DNA from: a virus
Lineage: Duplodnaviria; Caudoviricetes
DNA length: 64,000 nt
Reading direction: 5' to 3' (one strand)
IMG/VR virus record: IMGVR_UViG_2895427314_000002
Coordinates: 27,646-91,645 of that record
The number at the start of each line of letters is the position of its first letter. Positions within the stretch are counted from its first letter, which is position 1. A program made the translations under genes and the position numbers. The notes under the pieces were generated by a model. It was not told the DNA's origin. It made no database searches and saw only the letters and a list, made by a program, of their open reading frames with translations. Of this stretch, positions 18,646 through 27,192 are shown in pieces.

Positions 18646-18870
18646 ATGGAGATCCGACCGCGCGTCCGCATCGTCGGCGCCGAACGCCACCAGCTCGCTC
18701 AGCACCTGGCCAGCCGCTACCAGGCGGGGGAATCCGTCCGCGCGCTCTCCCTCGCGATCGGCCGATCGTACGGGTTCGTCCACACGCTGCTGGAGGAGGC
18801 GAGCGTCGAGCTGCGCCACCGCGGCGGCAACCAGCGCAGCCGGCCCGCGGCGGCCGGGGCAGCGAAGTGA
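18646..18870 (+). CDS. small actinobacterial HTH protein
   Basis: YQAGESVRALS..IGRSYGFVH.LL.EA.V.LR.RGG. Confidence 0.85.
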   Translation: MEIRPRVRIVGAERHQLAQHLASRYQAGESVRALSLAIGRSYGFVHTLLEEASVELRHRGGNQRSRPAAAGAAK

Positions 18871-19022
18871 CGCCCGCCGAGATCGCCGCCACGAAGGCGG
18901 CAGAGCTGCTGGACAAGGCCGAGGAATACATCCTCGACGAGGGGGCCGTGAAGAACTGCGTGGCCATCGCGGACGGCTGGATGCGGCTGCACCTGGCTAT
19001 CACGACCGGTGCTGTCAGGTGA
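18867..19022 (+). CDS. small protein whose 3' end was replaced by the element insertion
   Basis: Removing the element restores ...ITTGAIMRFSPD* (stop at 20386-20388). Confidence 0.6.
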   Translation: MTPAEIAATKAAELLDKAEEYILDEGAVKNCVAIADGWMRLHLAITTGAVR

Positions 19023-19208
19023 CGCGGCATCTGGCCGCGTGCCAACCAAAGTGGCCAAACAATTGGCCGCTGCCATCGGAAGTGGCCAGCGCGGTAGCCG
19101 AGCGTACGGAATGGACCTTCGCCGTGGGAGTGCATGACTTCCGCCCTGACGCTACGTAGAGTAATCTTTTCCTGACTTTCGGTTGCTCTACGTACAGGAG
19201 ACAATGCC

Positions 19209-19589
19209 TTGACGTCACGATCACTCCGCACCCTGGCCACACTGGCGCTGGCCGCCACGGCCGCCACCAGCGTCGCCACCCCCGCCACCGCCGAAACCGA
19301 CGCCCCGTACGCGCGGGCCGCCGCCTCCGTTGCTGCGGACGGCAACCTGATCCACGGCAAGAACATCGTCTCCACCAGGCGCACCGCCACCGGCCGCTAC
19401 TGCGTCCAGGTCGACGACCGGATCAACCTGTCCAACGCGGTCATCCACGTCACCGTCCACGGGTCTCGAATTGGGAGCGCCGTCACTCCCTCCCCTAACT
19501 GCGGCAACGCCGCCGACACCATCGCCGTGAGCATCGTCACCTACCAAGGCAATTCGGGGGACACCGGCTTCTACCTGTCCATCTCCTAA
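19209..19589 (+). CDS. secreted small beta-rich protein (element cargo)
   Basis: Signal peptide; two Cys; AGGAGA RBS. Confidence 0.8.
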   Translation: MTSRSLRTLATLALAATAATSVATPATAETDAPYARAAASVAADGNLIHGKNIVSTRRTATGRYCVQVDDRINLSNAVIHVTVHGSRIGSAVTPSPNCGNAADTIAVSIVTYQGNSGDTGFYLSIS

Positions 19590-19742
19590 CCGAACTCCCC
19601 GCCGACAGCAGGCAGGGCTTGCAGGCGCGCACAGCTCCGACGCGCCACCGCGTTGGGAGCTGTGCGCGCTACTTGGGCGATGGCTGCTTCTCGCAATCGC
19701 GATTGACCGTAAGTCACCCCGAGAAGAGGAAGGAAACTCTCC

Positions 19743-20162
19743 GTGACGCATGCTGCTACTCACCGGGCGATACACGAGGCGTTCTCGCGCAGGAATTTCG
19801 ATGAAGTGGCTGCGAAGCAGCACCCAAGCACCGAATACCGCGATCGGGCGCGACAACTCACCGCCAACGGTCCGGCCGAGTCCATCGACTACCTGAAGGG
19901 GTGGACGACTGCCTTCTCCGACGCGGTCTTCGCCGATGGGATGTACCTGGACGGCACCGATCACAGCGTCTCGTTCTGCACGATGCGAGGCACAAACGAC
20001 GGCCCGTTTGGACCGTTTCCGGCCACCGGCAGCACGGTCGGGGTGCCGTTGTGTGAGGTCTTCCACTACGACGCAGACGGCCAGGTCATCGGCGCTGATC
20101 TCTTCTATGACGCAACGGCGTTCCTGGTTCAACTCGGCCACGCAGAAGCTCCGCCAGCCTGA
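19743..20162 (+). CDS. SnoaL-like/NTF2 ester cyclase family protein (element cargo)
   Basis: AFSD...RGTNDGPFG.FPATG..V....CEV...D.DG.V...DLFYD...L.QLG. Confidence 0.85.
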   Translation: MTHAATHRAIHEAFSRRNFDEVAAKQHPSTEYRDRARQLTANGPAESIDYLKGWTTAFSDAVFADGMYLDGTDHSVSFCTMRGTNDGPFGPFPATGSTVGVPLCEVFHYDADGQVIGADLFYDATAFLVQLGHAEAPPA

Positions 20163-20449
20163 GTTCGCGAGCACGACCGGGGACCTCGTATACCGTGTCC
20201 GGCTCCATCTTCGGCGAGGGGTGCCATCCCTCAAAGGACCCATCTCGCCGGAGATTGGCCACTTTGGATGGCAACGCATCGCCCGCCGACTGTGCCATCC
20301 AAAGTGGCCAGCGCGAGGTCACGCCATGCTCAAAGGCCAGATCAGATGTCACCTGACAGGTGCGATCATGCGCTTCTCGCCGGACTGACCAGTCCTCGGG
20401 ATGCAAATGGCGGAGCCCGCCGACAACACGGCGGGCTCCAGACCGTCAA

Positions 20450-20656
20450 TCAGATCAGGCGCAGCGCGGCGGCTCGCTCCGCCCGGACCTGCCTCATCTG
20501 CTCGGCCTCTTCGGGCGTATACAGGTGGTCGTCCTCGCCATCGGGGTCGTCGTGGTAGACCTGCGACACCACCCACGCGCGAGCGGTGTCCTCGTCGGGG
20601 GCCCGAACGGACTGGTGGTCGCCGGTCTCGGGGATCTCGAACTCGAACAGAGGCAC
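20450..20656 (-). CDS. hypothetical protein
   Basis: AGGAGAGG RBS. Confidence 0.65.
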   Translation of the reverse strand: MPLFEFEIPETGDHQSVRAPDEDTARAWVVSQVYHDDPDGEDDHLYTPEEAEQMRQVRAERAAALRLI

Positions 20657-20667
20657 CAGACCTCCTC

Positions 20668-20979
20668 CTAATGAAGGTAGCTGCGCAGTCTGACAGCAGC
20701 CGCACGCGCGGCGCGGGCTCCCTCCTCCGCGTTGATCTCGTCAGCGGGCAGCGGGTCGCTCTCTCGGCCCAGGTACAGGTCAGCGTGATCGCACACCAGC
20801 GCCATGGTGACCTCGTCGTAGAAGCGGCTGACCTCCGAGTAGTCGTCGGGAATCTGGGCGTTCGGGTGCCCGGCCAGTGCGATTCGTACGGCGCCATCCG
20901 GACTCAGACCGGGCCCTCCGTCGAGGAGGTTGGCCACCGTGTCCAGCATGTCGGCCACGCGAGCCCAGTCGGTGCTCAT
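20668..20979 (-). CDS. hypothetical protein
   Basis: Coupled in leftward operon. Confidence 0.7.
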   Translation of the reverse strand: MSTDWARVADMLDTVANLLDGGPGLSPDGAVRIALAGHPNAQIPDDYSEVSRFYDEVTMALVCDHADLYLGRESDPLPADEINAEEGARAARAAAVRLRSYLH

Positions 20980-21377
20980 GAGCACCTCGCCAGTTCGACG
21001 GCGTGCGCCTGACCCCACATGGCCTGCGCCACCTCGTCCAGATCGCTGCCCTCGACGTTCTGGTGTGACCAGTCCTCGACCTGCCGGAACAGGCGGGCCA
21101 CCTCACGCGCCGTGCTACGGGCGCTACCTGTCGGGATGTGTGCCACGTCCACGCTCGTGAGGCCGTCGAAGGTGCTGAATGTGGCGCTGGCGTAGTGCAG
21201 CTCCAAGGCGCGGGCGGCGACCTGGTACCGCGCCTGCTGGCCACAGTCGTCGCAGTGCGCTGGCTGGTCACCCCAGATGGCGCGGGTGAGCGCCTGCTCA
21301 GGGTCGAGACCGTGGTCGCCGAGCATAATGTCGGCCGCCCGCTCCAGCACGTATGCGATGCACGCGAAGCTGACCAT
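20976..21377 (-). CDS. hypothetical protein (similar to 20668-20979)
   Basis: Coupled ORF; shared N-terminal pattern. Confidence 0.7.
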   Translation of the reverse strand: MVSFACIAYVLERAADIMLGDHGLDPEQALTRAIWGDQPAHCDDCGQQARYQVAARALELHYASATFSTFDGLTSVDVAHIPTGSARSTAREVARLFRQVEDWSHQNVEGSDLDEVAQAMWGQAHAVELARCS

Positions 21378-21736
21378 CAGCGCGCCCCCGTCCCCATGCG
21401 GTACATGCAGGCCACGACCACCGGTAAGTGGCCGAACGGGATCATGACCCGGTGGGTGGTCCGGCCGTCCAACGTCCGATGCACGTCGATGCCGCCCTCC
21501 TCCACGAAGAACGTGAGCAGCGGGCTGTCGTCCTCGTCGCCCAGCGCGATGACGAGCGAGGGGACGCCGGGCTTGGGCGTCGAGAGCAGGTCGATAACCC
21601 ACAGGGCCGCCATCGGTGCAAGGGGGATGGGCTGGCCGGACACGTCTAGGACGATCGACCCGTATCGAGCGTCGTCGGCCGCGGCCCGCACGTCCAGGAA
21701 GGTGCCGTCCGGGCCGGCGTAGATGGGCGTGTTCAT
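21377..21736 (-). CDS. hypothetical protein (similar to 22982-23356)
   Basis: Y..PDGT..DV...GS....VSG pattern. Confidence 0.7.
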   Translation of the reverse strand: MNTPIYAGPDGTFLDVRAAADDARYGSIVLDVSGQPIPLAPMAALWVIDLLSTPKPGVPSLVIALGDEDDSPLLTFFVEEGGIDVHRTLDGRTTHRVMIPFGHLPVVVACMYRMGTGAR

Positions 21737-22044
21737 CTCGACCACCACACCACGTCGAGGGCCAGCAGCAGCACCCATCCCAACCCGCCTACGGTGGCCG
21801 ACCGGAGCAGAACCTCCCCGTACCGCCAGACGCCATAGGTGACGCGCAGGCAGAAGCCGGCGGTGATGAGCGTGGGCACCCAGGCCGCCCACCGCCAGTA
21901 CGGGTAGACCAGCCCCAGCTCGTGCAGCAGCCACGCGAACGTACTCCATTTGCTGATGGCCGCCAGGCCGAGCAGGAGGAACGCGAGGGATACTGCCATT
22001 TCCAGGCGAGCCAGGGTGATGAACATCGGTGCCCTCTTATTCAC
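21733..22044 (-). CDS. three-TM membrane protein
   Basis: Three hydrophobic segments. Confidence 0.7.
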   Translation of the reverse strand: MNKRAPMFITLARLEMAVSLAFLLLGLAAISKWSTFAWLLHELGLVYPYWRWAAWVPTLITAGFCLRVTYGVWRYGEVLLRSATVGGLGWVLLLALDVVWWSR

Positions 22045-22537
22045 CGGCGTCTCCCTCGCTGACGGGAGGAAGCGGCTCGTCCCCTGGCGCCCGGTGGGGC
22101 TGAGGGAGGTCGCACTCCGTCCACTCCAGTGCAGTCGTGTGCTCCGCCAGCGGCCGACCGCAGGAAGGACAGCCTTCGCTGCGAGCCCGTTGGAGGCGGA
22201 TCCGGTCCCGCTCCGCCTCCAGCAGTCCGTTCAGCGCGCCGTAGATTGCGGCCTCTCGCTCGGTGTAGAGCTGGACGCCCAGGTCGGCGGCGTACTGGAA
22301 CGCGGGCCCCTTGTGCGGGGTGATGGTCATCAGACCGTCGTTGTCGGCGAGGTCGGCGACCACGATGACCGGCTCGTCGCCTTCTCCGAACATCGGGTGC
22401 AGGATGACGTCGCCGATCTCCAGCAGGTGCGCCGCCTTGATGCTGGGGTCGTTGTCGGCGCAGGCGAGCCGCTGTTCCCAGGTCGTGTGCTGGGCGTACA
22501 GCTCGCCGCAGTGGCAGAGGGCCAGGATGTCAGTCAC
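22037..22537 (-). CDS. Zn-finger-containing hypothetical protein
   Basis: CHCG..Y..H and CPSCG..L..H motifs. Confidence 0.7.
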   Translation of the reverse strand: MTDILALCHCGELYAQHTTWEQRLACADNDPSIKAAHLLEIGDVILHPMFGEGDEPVIVVADLADNDGLMTITPHKGPAFQYAADLGVQLYTEREAAIYGALNGLLEAERDRIRLQRARSEGCPSCGRPLAEHTTALEWTECDLPQPHRAPGDEPLPPVSEGDAGE

Positions 22538-22859
22538 CCGTACTGCCCCCCTCCGCCTGCCAGACGGTGACCAGTGCTCTTGCCACCGCAGGCCAGTCAG
22601 CGCCCTCGATCTGCTCGTGGGTGAGGTCGGTGTGGAGGCGGGTGTCGTGGTCGTTGATTCCCGACCGGTCGGGGTTCCAGTGGTAGCTGACCAGGGTGTA
22701 TAGCTCAGTGAGGTACTGCTGGCGGTCGCCGGGGTACTCGATCCCGGGGTCCGGGTGGCCGGTGGCGTGGCGTGCTCGGTAGATGGCGTCCTCCCGCACG
22801 TAGTCGGGCGCGTTGAGGAGCCACTGGGTGATGCACTCGGTGGGATTCAGCTCACTCAT
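22530..22859 (-). CDS. hypothetical protein
   Basis: GAGGAGG RBS, coupled. Confidence 0.7.
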   Translation of the reverse strand: MSELNPTECITQWLLNAPDYVREDAIYRARHATGHPDPGIEYPGDRQQYLTELYTLVSYHWNPDRSGINDHDTRLHTDLTHEQIEGADWPAVARALVTVWQAEGGSTGD

Positions 22860-22989
22860 CGCTGGTGACCTCCTCGCCCTCGCTGGCGGGGACCTGGTCG
22901 GCCCAGGGCGTGCACCCGTCCGGGAAGCAGATCTCTTCCCAGCTCGGGTAGGTGATCACGCGAGGGGTCTCCGGGTTCGTCTTACTCAC
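22852..22989 (-). CDS. 45-aa hypothetical protein (absent from ORF track)
   Basis: MSKTNPETPRVITYPSWEEICFPDG...; fills the gap with 8-bp overlaps on both sides. Confidence 0.55.
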   Translation of the reverse strand: MSKTNPETPRVITYPSWEEICFPDGCTPWADQVPASEGEEVTSDE

Positions 22990-23356
22990 CGCTCGTGACC
23001 TCCTCGACGGCGGCGCGCACGGCGTCGGCCTGGTCGTGGGGGAGCGTCACCTGGCCGTTGCTCCCGCAGGCCGGGAAGCTGACGTTCAGAATCAGGCCGT
23101 GCGGGTCGGAGGTGGCGGTCAGCCACAGCGTGCCGTCCGGGTCGGAGATCGGGATCGTGATCTGGCCGTGCTGGGCGTTCGGGCCGAGCATGGCGAGTAC
23201 CTGCGCGAGGTCGTCCGGCTCCAGCCCGAAGAGGATGCCGGAGACGTTGACGATGACCGATCCGGCCGGGGCGTCGGGGAGCGCGTCGATGACGTCGAAG
23301 TACGTGCCGTCCGGCGCGGTGTAGAGCAGGGTCTTGGTGTCGAGGTAGTCGTTCAT
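22982..23356 (-). CDS. hypothetical protein
   Basis: GAAAGGA RBS. Confidence 0.75.
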   Translation of the reverse strand: MNDYLDTKTLLYTAPDGTYFDVIDALPDAPAGSVIVNVSGILFGLEPDDLAQVLAMLGPNAQHGQITIPISDPDGTLWLTATSDPHGLILNVSFPACGSNGQVTLPHDQADAVRAAVEEVTSGE

Positions 23357-23440
23357 GGTGGCGTTTGTCCTTTCGCGAGGAATGGGGGCCACCGTACGGC
23401 CGGCGTGGTGATCGAGTCGCGAGCCTGCTGAAATCTGGCC
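23357..23440 (-). promoter_or_regulatory. conserved promoter/leader unit, copy 1
   Basis: Aligns with 23684-23765. Confidence 0.6.
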
Positions 23441-23451
23441 GGAGACACGAA

Positions 23452-23478
23452 GAAGCCCGCCGACGCGCGGCGGGCTTC
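23452..23478 (-). terminator. intrinsic terminator
   Basis: GAAGCCCGCCG-N5-CGGCGGGCTTC downstream of 23495-23683. Confidence 0.7.
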
Positions 23479-23494
23479 AGGTGTGCAGGGCCGG

Positions 23495-23683
23495 TCAGCC
23501 GGTGATCGCCTTCCGGGCCAGGTCCTTCACCTCCTGCTGCAACTCCGGCGAGTACGGCAGGTGCTCGAACGTGGCGATCGGGATGTCCTCGTGGAGGATC
23601 GTGTAGCTGCTCGGGTCGTGCAAATTGTAGGTGACGGTGTACGAGTGGCCGGTCACCTGGAACGAGCTGATGTCCTGAAGCAT
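23495..23683 (-). CDS. hypothetical protein
   Basis: GAAAAGGA RBS; own leader and terminator. Confidence 0.7.
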   Translation of the reverse strand: MLQDISSFQVTGHSYTVTYNLHDPSSYTILHEDIPIATFEHLPYSPELQQEVKDLARKAITG

Positions 23684-23765
23684 GGCGGGTGTCCTTTTCG
23701 CGAGGAAGCCGCCGCCACGGTACGACCAGAACCTAGATCATGTCGGGAGCCCGCTGAGATTCGCG
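23684..23765 (-). promoter_or_regulatory. conserved promoter/leader unit, copy 2
   Basis: Aligns with 23357-23440. Confidence 0.6.
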
Positions 23766-24323
23766 TTACGGGACGAGGATGTTGATTAGAACGCCAATCG
23801 GGATCGAAACCGCCGCGCCCAGCGCAAAGAACATCCACTGAGTACGTCGCTCCGCGCGGATGGTGGCCTTCGTCTCACCGACGAGGATCTGGCGGATCCT
23901 TTCGGCCTGCTCCTTGTCAATTTCAAGCAGGCGTTCCTGCTCGGCAGCCTGAGACAAGAGCGCATCACGAGCAGCCTGTTGCGCGCGTAGATCACGATCC
24001 AACTCGTCCATCAGGGTCGCCGCCTCGCCGAAGGCTTCGTTGACCCGCTTGATGCGGTGCCGAAGCCGATCGCCGGGGTCCTCGTCGGCAGAGTCCCAGT
24101 CACTGCCGAGAAAGCTGACAAAGACGTGGACGACCCCAAGCAGAAACACCAGGCCAGCAAACCCGAGAGGTATCTTGATCACCAGAGGCAAGCCCGCAGT
24201 CCAGCCACGAATGGTCTCCTCTAGACCGATCGCGTCGCCAGCATATGACATCCCGAAGATCGCGCCCACCAGGAGGGCGGCGAGACCGATGCGGGCCTTG
24301 TGATCTTTAAGCCATTGCATCAC
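23766..24323 (-). CDS. membrane protein (2 TM, coiled coil, TM); lower-GC moron
   Basis: Hydropathy pattern; codon usage differs from neighbours. Confidence 0.75.
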   Translation of the reverse strand: MMQWLKDHKARIGLAALLVGAIFGMSYAGDAIGLEETIRGWTAGLPLVIKIPLGFAGLVFLLGVVHVFVSFLGSDWDSADEDPGDRLRHRIKRVNEAFGEAATLMDELDRDLRAQQAARDALLSQAAEQERLLEIDKEQAERIRQILVGETKATIRAERRTQWMFFALGAAVSIPIGVLINILVP

Positions 24324-24457
24324 TCCATTGCAGCGGCCGACCGTGACCTACGTTGCCTCCGTGATCATATTGCGATCTTGGAGCGGGCGCACATACCTAC
24401 ACGCGCACAGGTAACCGATGCGGACACGCTTGTGCGAGTTGTCGTTCATGGTGATCC

Positions 24458-25441
24458 CTATTCGTCCACGGTCAGCTTGTCAATGGCGGCCTGGCGGTCG
24501 GCGTCGGTGGGCAGGGTGTAGCGGCGGGCAGTCTCGAGCGAGTGGCCCAGCAGCTCTGCGATAGTGACGACATCCTCACCTTCGCGAGCAAGCTTCGTGC
24601 CGAGGGTGTGCCGCAGGACGTGGCTGGTGAAGTCTTCGTCGCGGCCGACCTCGATCCCGGCCCGGTCAGCGATGCCGTTCAGTACGTCGGTGGCGGAGCG
24701 GGCGGAGAGCCGTCCACCACGGGTGTTGAGAAACAGCGCCTTAGTCTTGTCGGCGCCGCGCAGGCTGGCTCGCTCGGTCAGGTACGTCTCCAACTCGGTA
24801 CGGAGCTTGACGTGCATGTTGACCTCGCGGTACTTGCCGTTCTTGCCCATGCGAATGATGAGCACGCCCTTACGGGCGCTGATGTGCAAGTCGTCGATGT
24901 CGAGCGCGACGAGCTCGTGAATGCGGGGGCCGGCGTAGAAGGCGGTGTAACCCATGGCGCGGTCGCGGGGTGCGCACAGCGCCGTCTCGCGCAGGAATCG
25001 CAACTGGGCTCGCTGATCGAGCGAACGCGGAGCGAGGTTGGGAAGCGCGGTGCGTTTGGCGGCTGCGGGGCCGAGGCCGAGACGGCGGTTGAAGTCGTCT
25101 ATGGCGGTCAGGTGCGCGTTGACGGTGGTGGGCTTGCGCTTGAGCACGGTCAGGAGATGGGCGCGGTAGTCCCGGGCGGCCCAGTCGCGGGTGGCGGGGT
25201 CGATGAGCGGGTCGCCGTCGAGGTCGGTCGCGTCGAGCCAGGCGAGGTACTGGCGGACGCGAGAAAGGTAGTTCCGGCGGGTGTCGTCGTCGAGCCGGAG
25301 AAGTGGGTCATTGACGGCGGTTTCATAGGCGGCGTAGACGTCGGTGTAGCGGTCGGGTACGGGTGTGGCGGTGGCTCCTGGACGTCGGCGGCTGGGGCGC
25401 TCATACGTTGTGGGATCTTGGTCTCTGATATCGGAAGTCAT
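24458..25441 (-). CDS. tyrosine recombinase (Xer/TnpI-like resolvase type)
   Basis: GPRIHE (R), GKNGK (K), HVLRH, LLGH, ARRY catalytic set; 327 aa with SAM-like N-domain and no evident arm-binding domain. Confidence 0.92.
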   Translation of the reverse strand: MTSDIRDQDPTTYERPSRRRPGATATPVPDRYTDVYAAYETAVNDPLLRLDDDTRRNYLSRVRQYLAWLDATDLDGDPLIDPATRDWAARDYRAHLLTVLKRKPTTVNAHLTAIDDFNRRLGLGPAAAKRTALPNLAPRSLDQRAQLRFLRETALCAPRDRAMGYTAFYAGPRIHELVALDIDDLHISARKGVLIIRMGKNGKYREVNMHVKLRTELETYLTERASLRGADKTKALFLNTRGGRLSARSATDVLNGIADRAGIEVGRDEDFTSHVLRHTLGTKLAREGEDVVTIAELLGHSLETARRYTLPTDADRQAAIDKLTVDE

Positions 25442-25525
25442 ATTGGTGTCCTGTTGACCTCGGAGAATCGAAATATCGGAAGCCGTACCTGGAGCGCGCT
25501 TCTTATATTCACAAGTATCTGAAGT
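25428..25525. other. putative recombination site: 11-6-11 core plus two accessory direct repeats
   Basis: GCTTCTTATAT-TCACAA-GTATCTGAAGT (25498-25525); ATATCGGAAG at 25428 and 25473. Confidence 0.65.
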
Positions 25526-25535
25526 CTGGCATTTC

Positions 25536-25553
25536 GTTGGCGGTTCCGCCAAC
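25536..25553. promoter_or_regulatory. 18-bp palindrome copy, extended to TTTC...GAAA
   Basis: TTTCGTTGGCGGTTCCGCCAACGAAA between divergent genes. Confidence 0.85.
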
Positions 25554-25602
25554 GAAAGCTACGATCGCGAGTGAAATCACTCTCCTCGCGAAAGAGATGA
25601 TC

Positions 25603-25878
25603 ATGAGCGAAGCTCACACCGTCACGGAGCAACTGCTCGACGCGATGGCAGCCGCCCAGCGACGCCGGTTACTCGCTGACTCACTGCTCGACGGCTTCAT
25701 CCTCAAGCGCGTCGATCTCGATGAAGCGAAAACCATCCTCCGGGGCATCTTCGGATCCGACCCCACCACCCTCTCCCTCTCTGAGACAGACGAGGGTGTC
25801 GATGTCCGGCACGCCGACTCCGCGTTCATCGCGGAGCTTCGGGAGGAGCTGCGCGCTGAGGGGCGGGACGTCCGTTGA
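25603..25878 (+). CDS. hypothetical protein
   Basis: First gene of a rightward small-gene operon. Confidence 0.7.
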   Translation: MSEAHTVTEQLLDAMAAAQRRRLLADSLLDGFILKRVDLDEAKTILRGIFGSDPTTLSLSETDEGVDVRHADSAFIAELREELRAEGRDVR

Positions 25879-26183
25879 CGACCTTCGTCATTCAGAAAGC
25901 AGAGGGCGCCGACCTCAAGCTGCCCTACCCGTACTTCGCCGACGAGTCCGGCATGATCGGCCGCCAGGACAAGTGGAAGGGCAACCCGACCCAGGTCATC
26001 GGCTTCCACAGCGATCCGAACATCATGCAGATCGACCTGCTGTGGGAGGACGCGATCCAGGACCCGGACCGGGCGTCGGGCATGTACCTCGTCACGGCCG
26101 ACGCCGAGGGCAACTTCGGCACGCACCTGACCCTCGTGGAGTCAGTGACGGTCGTCGCTCTGGCGGGTGGTGAGGTCCAGTGA
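25875..26183 (+). CDS. hypothetical protein
   Basis: TTGA coupling. Confidence 0.7.
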   Translation: MTTFVIQKAEGADLKLPYPYFADESGMIGRQDKWKGNPTQVIGFHSDPNIMQIDLLWEDAIQDPDRASGMYLVTADAEGNFGTHLTLVESVTVVALAGGEVQ

Positions 26184-26824
26184 GACTGCCCTACGAGTAC
26201 GGAATGCGGTCCAACGACGCTGACGGCGATCCGGTCATCGTCATGAGCACCAACGAGGCGCACGATCGCGCCGCCGCCGACGCCTGGTGCCGCACTCGGC
26301 GGGCCTGGCAGGAGGAGCGGGAGATCACGCCGGACGTCACCCTCATGCGGCGCCTGCCGGACGGGGAGTGGGAGGAAGACCCCGGCTGGAAGTCCGAGAT
26401 CACCACCTGGGAGGCCGGGTGCGCCCGCATCGAGGCCGCGCCCACCGATGAGGCGCGGCGCGATGCCCGCTCCGAGTTGGACGCATGGGTGGAGTTCAAA
26501 ACGACAGCGCGCGAGACCGGCCAGATCAGGGTCAAGGTGCGGGACTACTCTGCCGAGGCCCCGTGGGGCGTCGGGCTCACCAACCCCGTGGTCCGCGCCA
26601 TTGTCATCTCCGCGTACTGCGTGGTGTGCGGCTGCCCGCGTGGCATGCCCCGGCGGATCCACCAGTGCGATGATGGCGTGCACTACTGGCCGGACGTGTG
26701 GAACAACCCGTGCGGCCACACCGACATGTACGAGGCCGTGATCAAAGAGGCTGAGGAGTTCGCGCCGGCCGGTCGGATCACCCTGTTCGGCGAGTACGAC
26801 GAGTCGAGCGGTGAGGCCGGATGA
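26180..26824 (+). CDS. hypothetical protein with C-terminal Zn ribbon
   Basis: CVVCG.PRG...W.NPCGH.DMY. Confidence 0.75.
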   Translation: MRLPYEYGMRSNDADGDPVIVMSTNEAHDRAAADAWCRTRRAWQEEREITPDVTLMRRLPDGEWEEDPGWKSEITTWEAGCARIEAAPTDEARRDARSELDAWVEFKTTARETGQIRVKVRDYSAEAPWGVGLTNPVVRAIVISAYCVVCGCPRGMPRRIHQCDDGVHYWPDVWNNPCGHTDMYEAVIKEAEEFAPAGRITLFGEYDESSGEAG

Positions 26825-27192
26825 GCCTCATCGTCTACAAGACCGCCCCCGGCCGCGACGCCTACGTGATCTTCCGGACGGAAGACGACGTGCCCCTGTG
26901 CATGGGCGACCGCGCCGAGATCAGTGACCGGCTCTGCATGGAGATCCCTCCGGCCATCGTGGACGAGCTGATGGACCGGGCCGACCGGACCGGCACCACC
27001 TACAACGACGGCACCGGCGGCTGGGACGACACGGGGTTCATGGTCGGAGAGAACATGTTCCCCACCGACGTCGGGTCCCGGTTCCTGCCGCGCGCCAACC
27101 TGGAGGAGTTCGTCCGGGCCGCCGCGACGCAAGACATGGAGCGCATGGTCGCGCTGACGACCGAGATGCTCGAATCGGGTGAGGCCCGATGA
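26821..27192 (+). CDS. hypothetical protein
   Basis: Coupled ORF. Confidence 0.7.
   Translation: MSLIVYKTAPGRDAYVIFRTEDDVPLCMGDRAEISDRLCMEIPPAIVDELMDRADRTGTTYNDGTGGWDDTGFMVGENMFPTDVGSRFLPRANLEEFVRAAATQDMERMVALTTEMLESGEAR

Larger units (their letters stand above)
19013..20358. mobile_element. non-autonomous cargo transposon with TGT...ACA ends and 5-bp TSD (Tn7/Mu/Tn5053-type end architecture)
   Basis: TIR TGTCAGGTGAC-N5-ATCTGGCC at both ends; GGTGC at 19008-19012 and 20359-20363; internal 18-bp repeats; no transposase. Confidence 0.88.

Noticed and set aside
24458-25441. Prophage integrase marking an att boundary
   Set aside because: Phage-like genes and the same palindrome continue on both sides; no tRNA or att duplication seen
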